Virus record (IMG/VR): IMGVR_UViG_3300014969_000019
Coordinates: 3,145-67,144 of that record
Reading direction: 5' to 3' (one strand)
DNA length: 64,000 nt
DNA from: a virus
Lineage: Duplodnaviria > Caudoviricetes
Shown piece by piece: positions 46,074-55,330 of the stretch; position 1 is the stretch's first letter; the number at the start of each line of letters is the position of its first letter. The notes under the pieces were generated by a model. The model was given only the letters and a program-made list of their open reading frames with translations. It did not search any database and was not told the DNA's origin. Position numbers and translations under genes: made by a program.

Positions 46074-46997
46074 TCAGGCCTCGACCACGATGGCTTCGGT
46101 CTGGTGCTCCACGAGAAGCTTGTCGACCTTCGAGTTCGCGGTCCGCATGCCGGTGCTGACAGCCAGCGCATCGAACCGATCCCACTCGCCGACCTCGGTC
46201 ATGGCCAGCTTGTAGCTCTCGAAGATGTCCTTGACCGTCCCGGTCTCTCCACTCATCCGGGCCCGGATCAGGGTGATCTGGCCGGTGAGGTTGGAGATCT
46301 GCGGAACGGTGCCCTTGGCGGCCTTCGCCTCGCGCTCCTCCTCGACCTCGTTCTGGAGCGTCTGCAGCGCCTCCATCTGAGCCGGGTTCAGTGCCAGGGT
46401 CTCCTGGCCCATCAGGTCCTCGACGACCTTCTTGTCGGCCTTCTTGACCTTGCGGCCATGGCGGACCTTCACGATCCGGGTGGTGACTCGCGTGCTGGAC
46501 AGGGCCAGGTAGACCAGCAGGCCGAGACCCACTGTCAACACGGTGGTGGCGCTGAAGACCTGCCAGATCGTCAGACCGAGCAGAGACCCGACGACCGCTC
46601 GGGTGGGAGTGCTCGCCCAGGCGAAGACCGGAGCGGTGTAGCTCCACGCCCAGGCTGCGGCTGTGGTCGCTCGGACCCAGGTCGAACTCGCGACAGCGGA
46701 GACCACCGAGGCCCCGGCGATCGCCTTGGCCTTGGTCCACTTCGCGGCGGTCTTGGCCCAGGCCATCCCACGGAGGTAGGCCTTCCGGCTCTTCTTGGAC
46801 ATCCAGCGCATGGCCTTCTTCATCAGGCGCATGGTCTTCTTGTAGGCCTTCTTGGCCCGCTTCTGGGCCCGCTTCATGAAGGAGACATCCTCGATGAGGA
46901 CGACCTCCTTCTTGGAGCCCTTCTTGGGCTTCTTGCCGGACTTGATCTTCACCTTCTCCGGCGGAGCGACAGGGCGCTCCAGAGTTGCAGTAGTCAT
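46074..46997 (-). CDS. Membrane protein with Lys-rich N-terminus
   Basis: KSGKKPKKGSKK / KRAQKRAKKAYKK then hydrophobic segments; RBS aaggaa. Confidence 0.75.
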   Translation of the reverse strand: MTTATLERPVAPPEKVKIKSGKKPKKGSKKEVVLIEDVSFMKRAQKRAKKAYKKTMRLMKKAMRWMSKKSRKAYLRGMAWAKTAAKWTKAKAIAGASVVSAVASSTWVRATTAAAWAWSYTAPVFAWASTPTRAVVGSLLGLTIWQVFSATTVLTVGLGLLVYLALSSTRVTTRIVKVRHGRKVKKADKKVVEDLMGQETLALNPAQMEALQTLQNEVEEEREAKAAKGTVPQISNLTGQITLIRARMSGETGTVKDIFESYKLAMTEVGEWDRFDALAVSTGMRTANSKVDKLLVEHQTEAIVVEA

Positions 46998-47028
46998 GAG
47001 TACTTGTTCCTTGTCTGGTTGTGCGGAC

Positions 47029-47064
47029 ATGCAAAAACCCCCACGGCTATCTGAGCCGTGAGGG
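47029..47064 (-). terminator. Hairpin + TTTTTGCAT element
   Basis: cacggct/agccgtg stem followed on the minus strand by a U-run. Confidence 0.6.
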
Positions 47065-47102
47065 CTGGGTACCTGGGGACGGGTGTCCCTGGGTACGTGT
47101 CT

Positions 47103-47131
47103 ATTGTATCACAAACACTACATCCCGTCTA
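47103..47131 (-). promoter_or_regulatory. SigA-type leftward promoter
   Basis: Minus strand TAGACG-17nt-TACAAT with extended -10 TGn. Confidence 0.7.
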
Positions 47132-47837
47132 GGCCAGCGGAGAGTCCGGGGAGTCTCCACTCGTTATCGGCGAGAGTTGCCTGTGAGTCACAGTTGTTGC
47201 ACTGCAGTCTGGCGACGTGGATCGTGCTCTCCTTCGGTTCGGTGACCGGAATGAAGAGCTCGTGCCCATCGATCATCAGAGAGCCCACCCGACCACGAAA
47301 GTCGTTCGTCTGGACGACGACGATCTCGACGTCGGTGGAGTTGCAGTTCGGGCAGTGAGCCGGTCGAGGCACCGTGTCCGGCGAGTGCTCGGCGAGGGCC
47401 TCGGTGTACTTCTCGAAACTGGTCCGGATCCAGTCCGGCCACTCCTTGGGGAAGCCGTTCTTGCGCCACCCCCGGGCCTGCTTGTACCGGTAGTTCCGAA
47501 TCGGCAGGAGCTTCAGCCGGCTGAACCAGCCGATGCTGAACTCCGGGTCCTCTGCACTGAAGTACTCGCAGAGGACGTAGGAGTTCATCTCCCGGTCCGC
47601 CCAGTCGGGGAAGGTCTCCTGGTGCTGCTCGGGGTTGACCGCCCGCGCGAAGACCAGGTCGTTCTCCAGCTGGGTGTTGGCCTGAGCGACGATCGCGACA
47701 TCACCCACGGTGAACGACAGCTGCTCGTCGACCGGCATGATCTCGTTCTCGACCTTCTCCGCAGCCCCGACGAAGGAGGTCTGGGAGAAGAGCAGGACCA
47801 TCAGGGGATCTGGGTGATGCTCATGGTCGTCGCTCAT
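47118..47837 (-). CDS. Hypothetical protein with two CxxC motifs
   Basis: HCPNCNS...LQCNNCD; TGATG coupling. Confidence 0.7.
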   Translation of the reverse strand: MSDDHEHHPDPLMVLLFSQTSFVGAAEKVENEIMPVDEQLSFTVGDVAIVAQANTQLENDLVFARAVNPEQHQETFPDWADREMNSYVLCEYFSAEDPEFSIGWFSRLKLLPIRNYRYKQARGWRKNGFPKEWPDWIRTSFEKYTEALAEHSPDTVPRPAHCPNCNSTDVEIVVVQTNDFRGRVGSLMIDGHELFIPVTEPKESTIHVARLQCNNCDSQATLADNEWRLPGLSAGLDGM

Positions 47838-47971
47838 CAGATCTCCTGGTTGGTGTGGATGATGAGGCTGATCTCCAGGTCGAGATCAGCAGCGGCCTTC
47901 TCGAAGGTCTCTCGGAACTCCGTCCAGTCGTCGACGAACTCCTCGCCTTCGAGTTGCACCTTGATCTTCAT
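47837..47971 (-). CDS. Small acidic hypothetical protein (44 aa, below the ORF-track cutoff)
   Basis: MKIKVQLEGEEFVDDW...; RBS gaggagg; stop overlaps the next start. Confidence 0.6.
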   Translation of the reverse strand: MKIKVQLEGEEFVDDWTEFRETFEKAAADLDLEISLIIHTNQEI

Positions 47972-47980
47972 GTGTCCTCC

Positions 47981-48127
47981 TCAGCCCGCCTTGTGAGCCG
48001 GGCCCTCCATGTCGGGGTCGTGGTCGCCCATCTCGTTCTGGGCCTTCCGCTTGAAGTAGGCCTCCATGAACACGCAGGTGATCACCGAGGAGCCCACCGC
48101 GGTGAGCACGGTTCCTAGCCAGTCCAT
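47981..48127 (-). CDS. Small membrane protein
   Basis: MDWLGTVLTAVGSSVITCVF; RBS gaaagg after a hairpin. Confidence 0.6.
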   Translation of the reverse strand: MDWLGTVLTAVGSSVITCVFMEAYFKRKAQNEMGDHDPDMEGPAHKAG

Positions 48128-48256
48128 AACGGACCTTTCTGTGTATGAGGCCGCCCCCAAAGCCAACGTGGGGACGGCCGTCTCATGTGTGTTCTCAGCC
48201 CTTCGGCCTGGTGAAGAGACGACGCAGATAGAGCATCAGGTCGTCCCACCACTGCC

Positions 48257-48427
48257 TCATGACTCCGCCTGCCGTGGCAGGACCTTGTCACCCAGCTCAG
48301 CCTGCAGGAGGGTGTACGCCTCCTCGCTGATGTGGCCATCCATGAAGGCCTGGCGCACCTCATCCCACGCGCCCGGGATGTACCCGTCCTGCTGTTCGCC
48401 GGGCGCGTGCTCTCCGTGGAGCTTCAT
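48257..48427 (-). CDS. Hypothetical protein
   Basis: MKLHGEHAPG...; overlaps the upstream stop. Confidence 0.5.
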   Translation of the reverse strand: MKLHGEHAPGEQQDGYIPGAWDEVRQAFMDGHISEEAYTLLQAELGDKVLPRQAES

Positions 48428-48777
48428 GAGTTGTAGAGGGTGTTGGTGCCGACGAAGGCGTTGTGCCACTCCCAGTCGTCGTCCCAGTAGGACGCGAACT
48501 CCCTCTCGTCCAGCTCCACGGTGGGGTTCACCTCAGCGTCGAGACGAGACAGCATCCGGTCGTAGGACCTCAGGTAGTGCTGGGGCATGGGCAACGAACG
48601 GACTGGATCCTGGTCGATCCAGCCCGTCTTCTTGGCCTTCTTGGCCGCCTTGGCGAGCGCCTTGGCGGCCTTCTTGACCCAGACCTTCTTGGCCGCACGA
48701 AACTCCTTCTCGTGCTTGGCCCGGTTGGTCTTCAGCCGCTCCGCGAGCTCGCCGACGTCGACCGTGGTGGTCTTCAC
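48424..48777 (-). CDS. Conserved phage hypothetical protein
   Basis: GTG start; ELAERLKTNRAKHEKEF...P..YLRSYDRML..L......VEL...EF..YW.DDWEW pattern. Confidence 0.7.
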   Translation of the reverse strand: MKTTTVDVGELAERLKTNRAKHEKEFRAAKKVWVKKAAKALAKAAKKAKKTGWIDQDPVRSLPMPQHYLRSYDRMLSRLDAEVNPTVELDEREFASYWDDDWEWHNAFVGTNTLYNS

Positions 48778-49238
48778 GACTCCTCGATCTCCACCGGGAT
48801 GGCGTCCGAGTGGCCACCATGGATGGGGCAGTCCGGGTCCTCGGTGAAGATCTCCGGGGTGGTCCAGGTGCAGGTGCAGGTCTTCGTGACCCGCTCCTCC
48901 TCGGCCTTCAGTTCGGCCGCAGCCTCCTGCATCTTCTGGTGCTGACGATTCCGAGCCACGATCTCGTCGAGGATGGTGGCATCCTCGGGCTCCAGCGCGT
49001 CGTTGAGCCGCCCCAGATGCACGTTCAGCAGCATCGAGGTCATCCGAGCGTCCTCGATCATCTTGTCGGCCTCGTCGAGCGCGCCGACCGCGATGTCGAC
49101 ACACTCCCGGCAGATCGGTTTGTCGAGGGGGATGTCGTCCCACTTGGTCTTGAACTTGAAGTCCTTGCCACAGAGCCCGAGAACTCTGTCGCCCAGCTGA
49201 GCCCCCGGCCCGCTGGTGATATGCGCCTGCTTGGTCAT
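48774..49238 (-). CDS. DUF3039-like Zn-binding protein with C-terminal CxC..CPIH motif
   Basis: H...VLGLCGKDF...PICREC resembles DUF3039. Confidence 0.55.
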   Translation of the reverse strand: MTKQAHITSGPGAQLGDRVLGLCGKDFKFKTKWDDIPLDKPICRECVDIAVGALDEADKMIEDARMTSMLLNVHLGRLNDALEPEDATILDEIVARNRQHQKMQEAAAELKAEEERVTKTCTCTWTTPEIFTEDPDCPIHGGHSDAIPVEIEES

Positions 49239-49597
49239 CGATGGTCCTTCCATGGGTCATTACGAATGGGACGAGTAGGCCGAATCGGAGTAGGCGACTC
49301 CAACATCAGCTCGTCCTCGATGGCGTCACCGAAGGTGGTTCCGCCGGGGTTGAGGATCTTCGTTCCGCAGTCCTTGCATCGCAGGCTCGGCGGCTTCTTG
49401 GACGGGTGGTAGGCCTCGATCTCCTCCCAGAAGATGGCCGGGACGATCGCGAACACCAGGCCGGGGATGCCGATCGAGACCGCGGTGGCGTTCAGGGCTG
49501 TGCCGACAGCCCCGGGCAGCCAGAAGCTGACCATCATCGTGATCCACCCGATCAGGGTCATCAGGATGCCGGCCATGATCACCGGCTTGACCCGCAT
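49235..49597 (-). CDS. Membrane protein
   Basis: Two hydrophobic helices then CKDC. Confidence 0.65.
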   Translation of the reverse strand: MRVKPVIMAGILMTLIGWITMMVSFWLPGAVGTALNATAVSIGIPGLVFAIVPAIFWEEIEAYHPSKKPPSLRCKDCGTKILNPGGTTFGDAIEDELMLESPTPIRPTRPIRNDPWKDHR

Positions 49598-49980
49598 CAG
49601 TACCCCCTGGCCTTGCGAGCCGCCTGGTAGGCCACGTCGTCCACCAGATCGGCCAGCTGTGGGGACAGCACGACTTTGCCCTCGTCGTCGGTGACGATGG
49701 CGAGGTCCTTGCTGTTGCTGGTGATGTCGACAGGCGCGTCCTGGTCCTCCTGCTGGATGTAGACGGCCTTGGCGAACCTCATCTCCGCCTTGTGGTTGGC
49801 GTGGTAGAACCCCAGCGCAACGTTGCTGGCCAGGGCCACCCCGAAGCACAGGACGGCCGACCAGATGAACCGATAGTTGATACCGGTCGGCATCCAGATG
49901 CCGAGCACCATCAACACGACCGCGAGCCCGTAGAAGACCGCGATGTACTTGCTGTACCTCAGGAAATCAGCCCAGGTCAT
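49597..49980 (-). CDS. Membrane protein
   Basis: Two hydrophobic helices; coupled. Confidence 0.7.
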   Translation of the reverse strand: MTWADFLRYSKYIAVFYGLAVVLMVLGIWMPTGINYRFIWSAVLCFGVALASNVALGFYHANHKAEMRFAKAVYIQQEDQDAPVDITSNSKDLAIVTDDEGKVVLSPQLADLVDDVAYQAARKARGY

Positions 49981-50726
49981 GGCAGTTCCTCCAGCTCCTT
50001 GATCCCGTCCTGGATCACTTTCAGGTTGGTCCCGACTCCGTTGACGTACGCCAGGTACTCCTCGTGGGTGAGGATCACGTCGTGGCGGGAGTCCAGCTCC
50101 AGCTCCTCGATCTGACCGTCGAAGACCGACGACATGTCGGTGTGGACGGTCATGATGCCGCCGTCCTTGTTCTTGACCAGGACCTGGTTCTGCGGGATCT
50201 CACCGCGGACGTGGCGCTCGGACTGGTTGCTCCACTCCTCGGCGTACAGGTCCTTGTACTGAGCGAGCGCCAGCCGGTAGTCGTCCCGGTTCCCGGTGAC
50301 TCTCTGGAGCAGGGTCTCTCGGTTGATGTGGTGTTCCATTGGTTTCTTCCCTTCATCGGTTGGTTCGTTCGACAGGTAGTAATGGGCGCTGGATGTGGTG
50401 TTGGCCGACATGGTGAAGGACACGGTGGGAGGGGTGTATCCCGGACGCCAGCCCCCGCTCGGTGCCTGGATCTTCCAGGGGAGCTGGATCTGGGTCCTGT
50501 TCCGGTCGTGGTCGAGGCTGTAGCCGCTCTTGGACTTCGTGGTGAACCAGGCGTCGTCGACGTAGGTGACCTGGCAGCCGGCGAAGAAGGCCGAGCCACC
50601 GAAGTCCTGGAGCTCGCGCTCGGAGATCCGGATCCAGGTCCCGCCTTTCAGGTTCCGCTCCAGCATGGCCAGGATGTAGTCCCGCCGCGTCTGGGTCATC
50701 GGGACGCCGTCTCGGTAACTAGCCAT
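49977..50726 (-). CDS. Hypothetical protein (possible internal second start MEHH)
   Basis: 249-aa ORF overlapping neighbours; RBS-like gaagggaagaaacca before the internal ATG. Confidence 0.6.
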   Translation of the reverse strand: MASYRDGVPMTQTRRDYILAMLERNLKGGTWIRISERELQDFGGSAFFAGCQVTYVDDAWFTTKSKSGYSLDHDRNRTQIQLPWKIQAPSGGWRPGYTPPTVSFTMSANTTSSAHYYLSNEPTDEGKKPMEHHINRETLLQRVTGNRDDYRLALAQYKDLYAEEWSNQSERHVRGEIPQNQVLVKNKDGGIMTVHTDMSSVFDGQIEELELDSRHDVILTHEEYLAYVNGVGTNLKVIQDGIKELEELP

Positions 50727-51006
50727 CGCTCGGCTCCTCCGGGTGCTGGGCCAGGTAGTGGTCGATGGAGCCGAGCACCATCTGCCCCCAGAGGTTCACG
50801 TCGGAGACGTCGGGACCGAACTGAGCACCGAAGGCCAGGGCTACCTCCTCGCAGAGGATCTCCTTGTCATCGGAGACCCGACGCACGGTGAGAACACCGC
50901 GGTAGTTGTTGGCCTCGATGCCGTTCACCTCGGCCTTCCAGGCGTGGTCATCGACGGTGGCCTCCCAGATCGGAGGCACCGGCTTCTCTACTGGTGTCTC
51001 GGTCAT
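50719..51006 (-). CDS. Hypothetical protein
   Basis: FGAQFGPDVSDVNLW motif; RBS ggagagg. Confidence 0.65.
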   Translation of the reverse strand: MTETPVEKPVPPIWEATVDDHAWKAEVNGIEANNYRGVLTVRRVSDDKEILCEEVALAFGAQFGPDVSDVNLWGQMVLGSIDHYLAQHPEEPSDG

Positions 51007-51248
51007 GCGACCTCTCCTGACAGTCGGATGTAGTTGCGGCAGACGAGCTCGAACCACTGCATCCAGCGGGTGACGGTGGCGTTCCTGATCCCCACCGTCC
51101 CCTCGACCTTGATGCGGTCGACGACTCCGACGGGCTGAGCGAGGTCGATCCGGCTGACCTCGATCTCCGGTGTCTTCCCGTCCCAGGTGAAGTTGAGCCC
51201 GGAGTCTGGCTCGTAGAAGGACAGCTGCGGGGCTGCTTCCTCAGACAT
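51003..51248 (-). CDS. Hypothetical protein
   Basis: Coupled ORF. Confidence 0.6.
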   Translation of the reverse strand: MSEEAAPQLSFYEPDSGLNFTWDGKTPEIEVSRIDLAQPVGVVDRIKVEGTVGIRNATVTRWMQWFELVCRNYIRLSGEVA

Positions 51249-51441
51249 GCTTCGTCTTCTCCCAGTCGTTGAAGGTCTTGGTCTCCTCCATGTCCCACTC
51301 GGGGTTGGCCAGGGCGGTAGAGGCCACCTCGTTCACTGCGATGTCCCAGTGGGTCCCGCCGAGGAGCCTCTTGATGGTCAGGTACTCCCGACGGGTGATC
51401 GGCTCTGAGGCGCACATCGAGCGCCACTTGGTCTCAGGCAT
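51241..51441 (-). CDS. Hypothetical protein
   Basis: RBS gaagggaagaag after a hairpin. Confidence 0.65.
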   Translation of the reverse strand: MPETKWRSMCASEPITRREYLTIKRLLGGTHWDIAVNEVASTALANPEWDMEETKTFNDWEKTKHV

Positions 51442-51503
51442 CTTCTTCCCTTCGCATAGCGAAGCCGGGCCCCTTCCTCTAGGGGCCCGGCCTCGGATCT
51501 GGT

Positions 51504-52721
51504 TTACAGGCTGAATGCTTCGCGAGCTAGAGCGAACTTCGTCTCGATGTCCGCGAGCTTCGTCTTCAGCTCATCCAGCTCTGTCTGTAGTGATGTGTTC
51601 TTGGCCTTCAGAGCGGTGTTCTTCTCCTTCAGGTCTTTGATCTCGGCGTCCAGGGGTGAGGTGTCCACCGGCTTCGGTGGTTCGACACCGATCACCGCCT
51701 GGAGAGTCCCGATCGCCTTCAGGATCTCGCCCTTGGCCTTGTTGGTGAAGTGGGTCTCGATCGCCTTCTTCTTGGCGTCCGGGCCCCACAGCGAGGTGGT
51801 GTCGGTGTGGTGCGTACGGGTGTGACCACCCGTGCTCCGCGCGGTGCCGACGATCGGTTGGCCCTCGCACTCCACGCACTTCACCTGGCCCTTGGCGTTG
51901 ATGAGATAGCGCTTGTCAACGTCCTGCTTGCTGCTGCCCTTGTTCTTGACGTAGGGCATCCACTCCTCCGGGGTAGCCGGCTCCGGATCTGTCTTCGCCT
52001 TCGGCTCCTCCTTGGGAGGCGCAGGAGGTGCTGGAGCCTTCTTGGCAGGTGTCTTCTTGGCAACGGCCTTCTCGGCGGGTGCCTCTGCCTTCGGCTCTTC
52101 CTTGGGGAGGTGTTCCTCGGAGTTGAGTACCTCCGCCAGCTCGTGGACCGCCTCCTCGTCGACCGGTCTAGTTGACACGGCCTTCTTGACCTCTCTGATC
52201 GGCTTGTCCGTGGGGACGATGTGCCGCACGAACCACTGCTTCGCCGGCTTGACCTGCCGATCTCCGTTGCGAGCGTTGATGGCGTACGGCTGGGTTCCGT
52301 CGAGCGGGAACAAGATCACGCTGTGTGCGGTGAGCCGGTACTTCGCGTGGTACTCGTTGACCGCCGTCAGGATCACGTCGACCAGTTCAGCGTTGTAGGC
52401 GCGCAGAGCGCGTCTCTCGATCCGAGGCTGTTCCTCGGTGGGTGTGGTTGGTGTCATGTGCTCTGGCTCCTTTCGGGGGTGACGACGACCGTCGTCCTTA
52501 CCCGGCCAGTCGTGATCGAACGGTTGACCACACCAGCACCAGTCCATGGACCCGGCTGTGTCGTCTGAGGAGACGGTCTTGTTGCCGCCATGAGGTACAC
52601 CGGGTACTGCTCGGAAGCCGGCCCCGAAGCTGTCAGCAGCGTCTTGGCGGCCGGCCCACCAGGCCTTGTGGACCTTGGCAGCAACGTCCTCGTCCTCGTC
52701 TTCGTCACGGGTTCCGGTCAT
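51504..52721 (-). CDS. Protein with PAKK-rich linker, C2H2-like finger and C-terminal coiled coil (internal start at 52457 likely)
   Basis: CVEC...GGHTRTHH; coiled coil LDAEIKDLKEKNTALK; RBS aaaggag before MTPTTP. Confidence 0.7.
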   Translation of the reverse strand: MTGTRDEDEDEDVAAKVHKAWWAGRQDAADSFGAGFRAVPGVPHGGNKTVSSDDTAGSMDWCWCGQPFDHDWPGKDDGRRHPRKEPEHMTPTTPTEEQPRIERRALRAYNAELVDVILTAVNEYHAKYRLTAHSVILFPLDGTQPYAINARNGDRQVKPAKQWFVRHIVPTDKPIREVKKAVSTRPVDEEAVHELAEVLNSEEHLPKEEPKAEAPAEKAVAKKTPAKKAPAPPAPPKEEPKAKTDPEPATPEEWMPYVKNKGSSKQDVDKRYLINAKGQVKCVECEGQPIVGTARSTGGHTRTHHTDTTSLWGPDAKKKAIETHFTNKAKGEILKAIGTLQAVIGVEPPKPVDTSPLDAEIKDLKEKNTALKAKNTSLQTELDELKTKLADIETKFALAREAFSL

Positions 52722-52966
52722 CGCACCATCACGGTTTCGGCGTCGATGATCTCGATGCGTGTGTAGGAACCGTCGAGCAGCGCCTTGGCGGCTTCGAGCA
52801 CCATCGTCTCGACCACAAGGTGCTTGTGAACGGCCTGGTTGCGCTTCTCCGGGCTTCTCCGACGTCTCTTGGGCATGGGGTCCACCGTGCCGCTCGCGAT
52901 CGCCTGAACGGCGTTCTCGTGAAGACTGGCGGTGTCCTGAACTTGCTTGTCTCTCGTGTCGATCAT
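52718..52966 (-). CDS. Hypothetical protein
   Basis: MIDTRDK; RBS gaaagg. Confidence 0.65.
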   Translation of the reverse strand: MIDTRDKQVQDTASLHENAVQAIASGTVDPMPKRRRRSPEKRNQAVHKHLVVETMVLEAAKALLDGSYTRIEIIDAETVMVR

Positions 52967-53006
52967 CGTGGTGCCTTTCATGAGTGGTGTATCTGATTGG
53001 ATGTTA

Positions 53007-53492
53007 CTAGATGTGCTCCCTCTTCCAGAACAGGAAGAGGTTGCGGATTTGGAGCCACCGGTTGGCGTACAGCTCGATCCGTTCTTGCTTGGCCATGGCT
53101 ACTTCCGTTGCTGCCCTGGCCTGGGCTTCGCGTGCTGCCTGACTCGCCCGGTGCTCTTGTCGAGCCTTGTCCAGACCGACCTGCCTCTCCCGAGCCTGCT
53201 CTGGGGTCCAGATCCAGGTATCGGCTTCGCACTCATGGAACGAGTGCTCGCTCTTGGCCTCGTCTTCGGATTTGAACTCCTCCTCGAAGTCGCAGGTGTA
53301 ACACCCCACGACCCAGACCTCGCGCGTACCAGGTGCGTCGGGGCCATGGTCGGGACACCAGGCGAGCTCCTCGTCATCGGAGAAGCTCCACCCGGCGTCC
53401 CTAGCGAACAGAAGGAGGTGCCACCTGGGCACCTCCTGGTTGAACTCCTGACCACAGCGCGCCGCAGCGCACCGCAGAGTGGTCAGCAGCAT
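53007..53492 (-). CDS. Cys/His-rich hypothetical protein
   Basis: C-x4-C, CPDH, CYTC..H..HEC; RBS gaggag. Confidence 0.65.
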   Translation of the reverse strand: MLLTTLRCAAARCGQEFNQEVPRWHLLLFARDAGWSFSDDEELAWCPDHGPDAPGTREVWVVGCYTCDFEEEFKSEDEAKSEHSFHECEADTWIWTPEQARERQVGLDKARQEHRASQAAREAQARAATEVAMAKQERIELYANRWLQIRNLFLFWKREHI

Positions 53493-53509
53493 CTCTCCTC
53501 CTCGCTGTG

Positions 53510-53695
53510 TCAGACCTTCTTGCGTCTGAGGGGGTGGATGACCCACACCCACAGGAGACCCAGCACCACGATCGTCCAGAGGACGGCAGCCTGGATCCCG
53601 TTGAAGCCGTTGCTGTTCCCGAACAGACCCAGCGCCAGCAGCACCAGATAGGGCGATGCCACCAGCAGGACTGTCCATCTCACCTTGCCGGCCAT
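53510..53695 (-). CDS. Small two-TM membrane protein
   Basis: Hydrophobic with a basic tail. Confidence 0.65.
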   Translation of the reverse strand: MAGKVRWTVLLVASPYLVLLALGLFGNSNGFNGIQAAVLWTIVVLGLLWVWVIHPLRRKKV

Positions 53696-53696
53696 G

Positions 53697-54284
53697 TCAG
53701 CCCTTCAGCCAGTACCAGAGGTTGTCCTTGGCGAGGATCAGGTTCTCCGGGCGGTCGTGACGGGTCAGGCCGAGGTGGATCAGGCTGGGACCACTGAACT
53801 GGCCCTTCTTGTAGTGCCGGAACCCCGAGTGCGACTCGCCGCAGCAGGCGTTGTAGTACTCGCTCGTGCTGTCGACGACGCCGTCGTACTCCCAGAACTG
53901 GTCGACGGCATCACCGTTGACGCCCTTGTCGACGACGTTGATCACATGCAGCAGCCCCGGTCCCTGGAGCTTGTAGTTCCACTTCAGCCAGGTGGTGAAG
54001 TGCCAGAGGGAGAACCCGAGCGTGCTGTGCCCGGTCTGGGTGATCTCGATCTTGCACGGGTTGACGTCGCAGTCACCCGAGTTATCGCTGCCTCGCGCGA
54101 CCACCTTGCCGGTCGCGTTGGTGGTGACGGTCTTGGTGGTGGTGTAGGCCAGGCCGTGCACGAGGTCGACTGCCTTGGCCTGGGTGGTGGGGGCCGCCGG
54201 CCGAGCTTCAGCCGGTGGGTTCGCTAGGACGCCACCGGTGATCAGCAAGGCTGTCGCTCCGGCAGCGAGTAGTGCTCGTTTCAT
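53697..54284 (-). CDS. Secreted protein with Sec signal peptide
   Basis: MKRALLAAGATALLITGGVLANPPAEA (basic-hydrophobic-AxA). Confidence 0.75.
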   Translation of the reverse strand: MKRALLAAGATALLITGGVLANPPAEARPAAPTTQAKAVDLVHGLAYTTTKTVTTNATGKVVARGSDNSGDCDVNPCKIEITQTGHSTLGFSLWHFTTWLKWNYKLQGPGLLHVINVVDKGVNGDAVDQFWEYDGVVDSTSEYYNACCGESHSGFRHYKKGQFSGPSLIHLGLTRHDRPENLILAKDNLWYWLKG

Positions 54285-54469
54285 GGTCGCTTCCCTTCAT
54301 AGGGCACCGAGCGAATGTGATTGCTCGGATGCCGCTGCATCGACGCTCGGCGAGCATCGACGTCGATCTTCTGCTGCTCGCGACCCATCGCATGCCCGAA
54401 GTAATACATCAGGGCACCGACAGCGATGGTGACGAGTCCGAGTACCTCTAACCAGGACAAGGTGCTCAT
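54281..54469 (-). CDS. Small membrane protein
   Basis: N-terminal hydrophobic helix. Confidence 0.65.
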   Translation of the reverse strand: MSTLSWLEVLGLVTIAVGALMYYFGHAMGREQQKIDVDARRASMQRHPSNHIRSVPYEGKRP

Positions 54470-54735
54470 TGGGTCTCCTTCAGGTTGATCCGCTTGCCCA
54501 CCTGGTTGTGGGCCTGGGGGTGTTCTGCGAGTTCACAGTCGGTGCAGAACGGCTGGTCCGGGTTGTTGACCTTCGCGTGGCACTTGTCCTTGACCTCCCG
54601 GACCTCGATCAGGTCGCCGATCGGTGCCGTGCCGTCGAGCAGCTTCTGCAGGTTCTCGCTCGTCGGCATCATCGGTTGGTGAAGAGTCAGTAGGCATACG
54701 CACTCGTGTGACTGGGTGTTCTCTCGAAGATCCAT
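54466..54735 (-). CDS. Cys/His-rich hypothetical protein
   Basis: HECVC..LH; C...CTDC..H; RBS gagg. Confidence 0.6.
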   Translation of the reverse strand: MDLRENTQSHECVCLLTLHQPMMPTSENLQKLLDGTAPIGDLIEVREVKDKCHAKVNNPDQPFCTDCELAEHPQAHNQVGKRINLKETQ

Positions 54736-54966
54736 GTATCACCTCTATGTGATGTCGGCCGGTGGGGCTCACCCCTCGTGGAGCCCCACCGGCGGTCTTG
54801 CGGACACATCTCCTCTCACCCCATGCACAGAGGAGATGAAGAGGGGCACCTGCACCCCCGTGTTACTCAGGTGCCCCTCAGATCGGGAGAGGTCAGCTAG
54901 GCTGCCCTCGTTCCTTTCATGGTTGAACAGGGGCCCCCGGAAATGCCGACATCCGGGGGCCCTTGC

Positions 54967-55227
54967 TCACGTCTTCGGCCGTCGATGGCTGCAGTCGTCG
55001 TTCATGACTCCAGAGTCGATGTGCCGGGTCACCTCACCCTTCTCGTTGGTCTTGATCAGGGTGACCTGACGGACGTGCTTGCGCTCGGCCATCAGCTCGG
55101 AGGGCTCGAAGCCCTCGCTGAGCGCGTCTGCGTAGTCCGCGCTCGCGTCGGTGGCGTTCGGGTGGTCGTGAAGCAGAACTTGGCCGTCGCAGAAACCGAT
55201 CGCGACTTGGTACGGATCGCCTTGCAT
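54967..55227 (-). CDS. Hypothetical protein
   Basis: MQGDPYQV; RBS gagagg. Confidence 0.6.
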   Translation of the reverse strand: MQGDPYQVAIGFCDGQVLLHDHPNATDASADYADALSEGFEPSELMAERKHVRQVTLIKTNEKGEVTRHIDSGVMNDDCSHRRPKT

Positions 55228-55330
55228 GGTGTTCCTCTCGATGTGATGGATGAATCTGTGTGTTGTGGGGGGTGGACGGCGGGCCCATGAGCCGATCCCA
55301 CGGGGGTCAAGGACCACCCGCCGTCCACGT

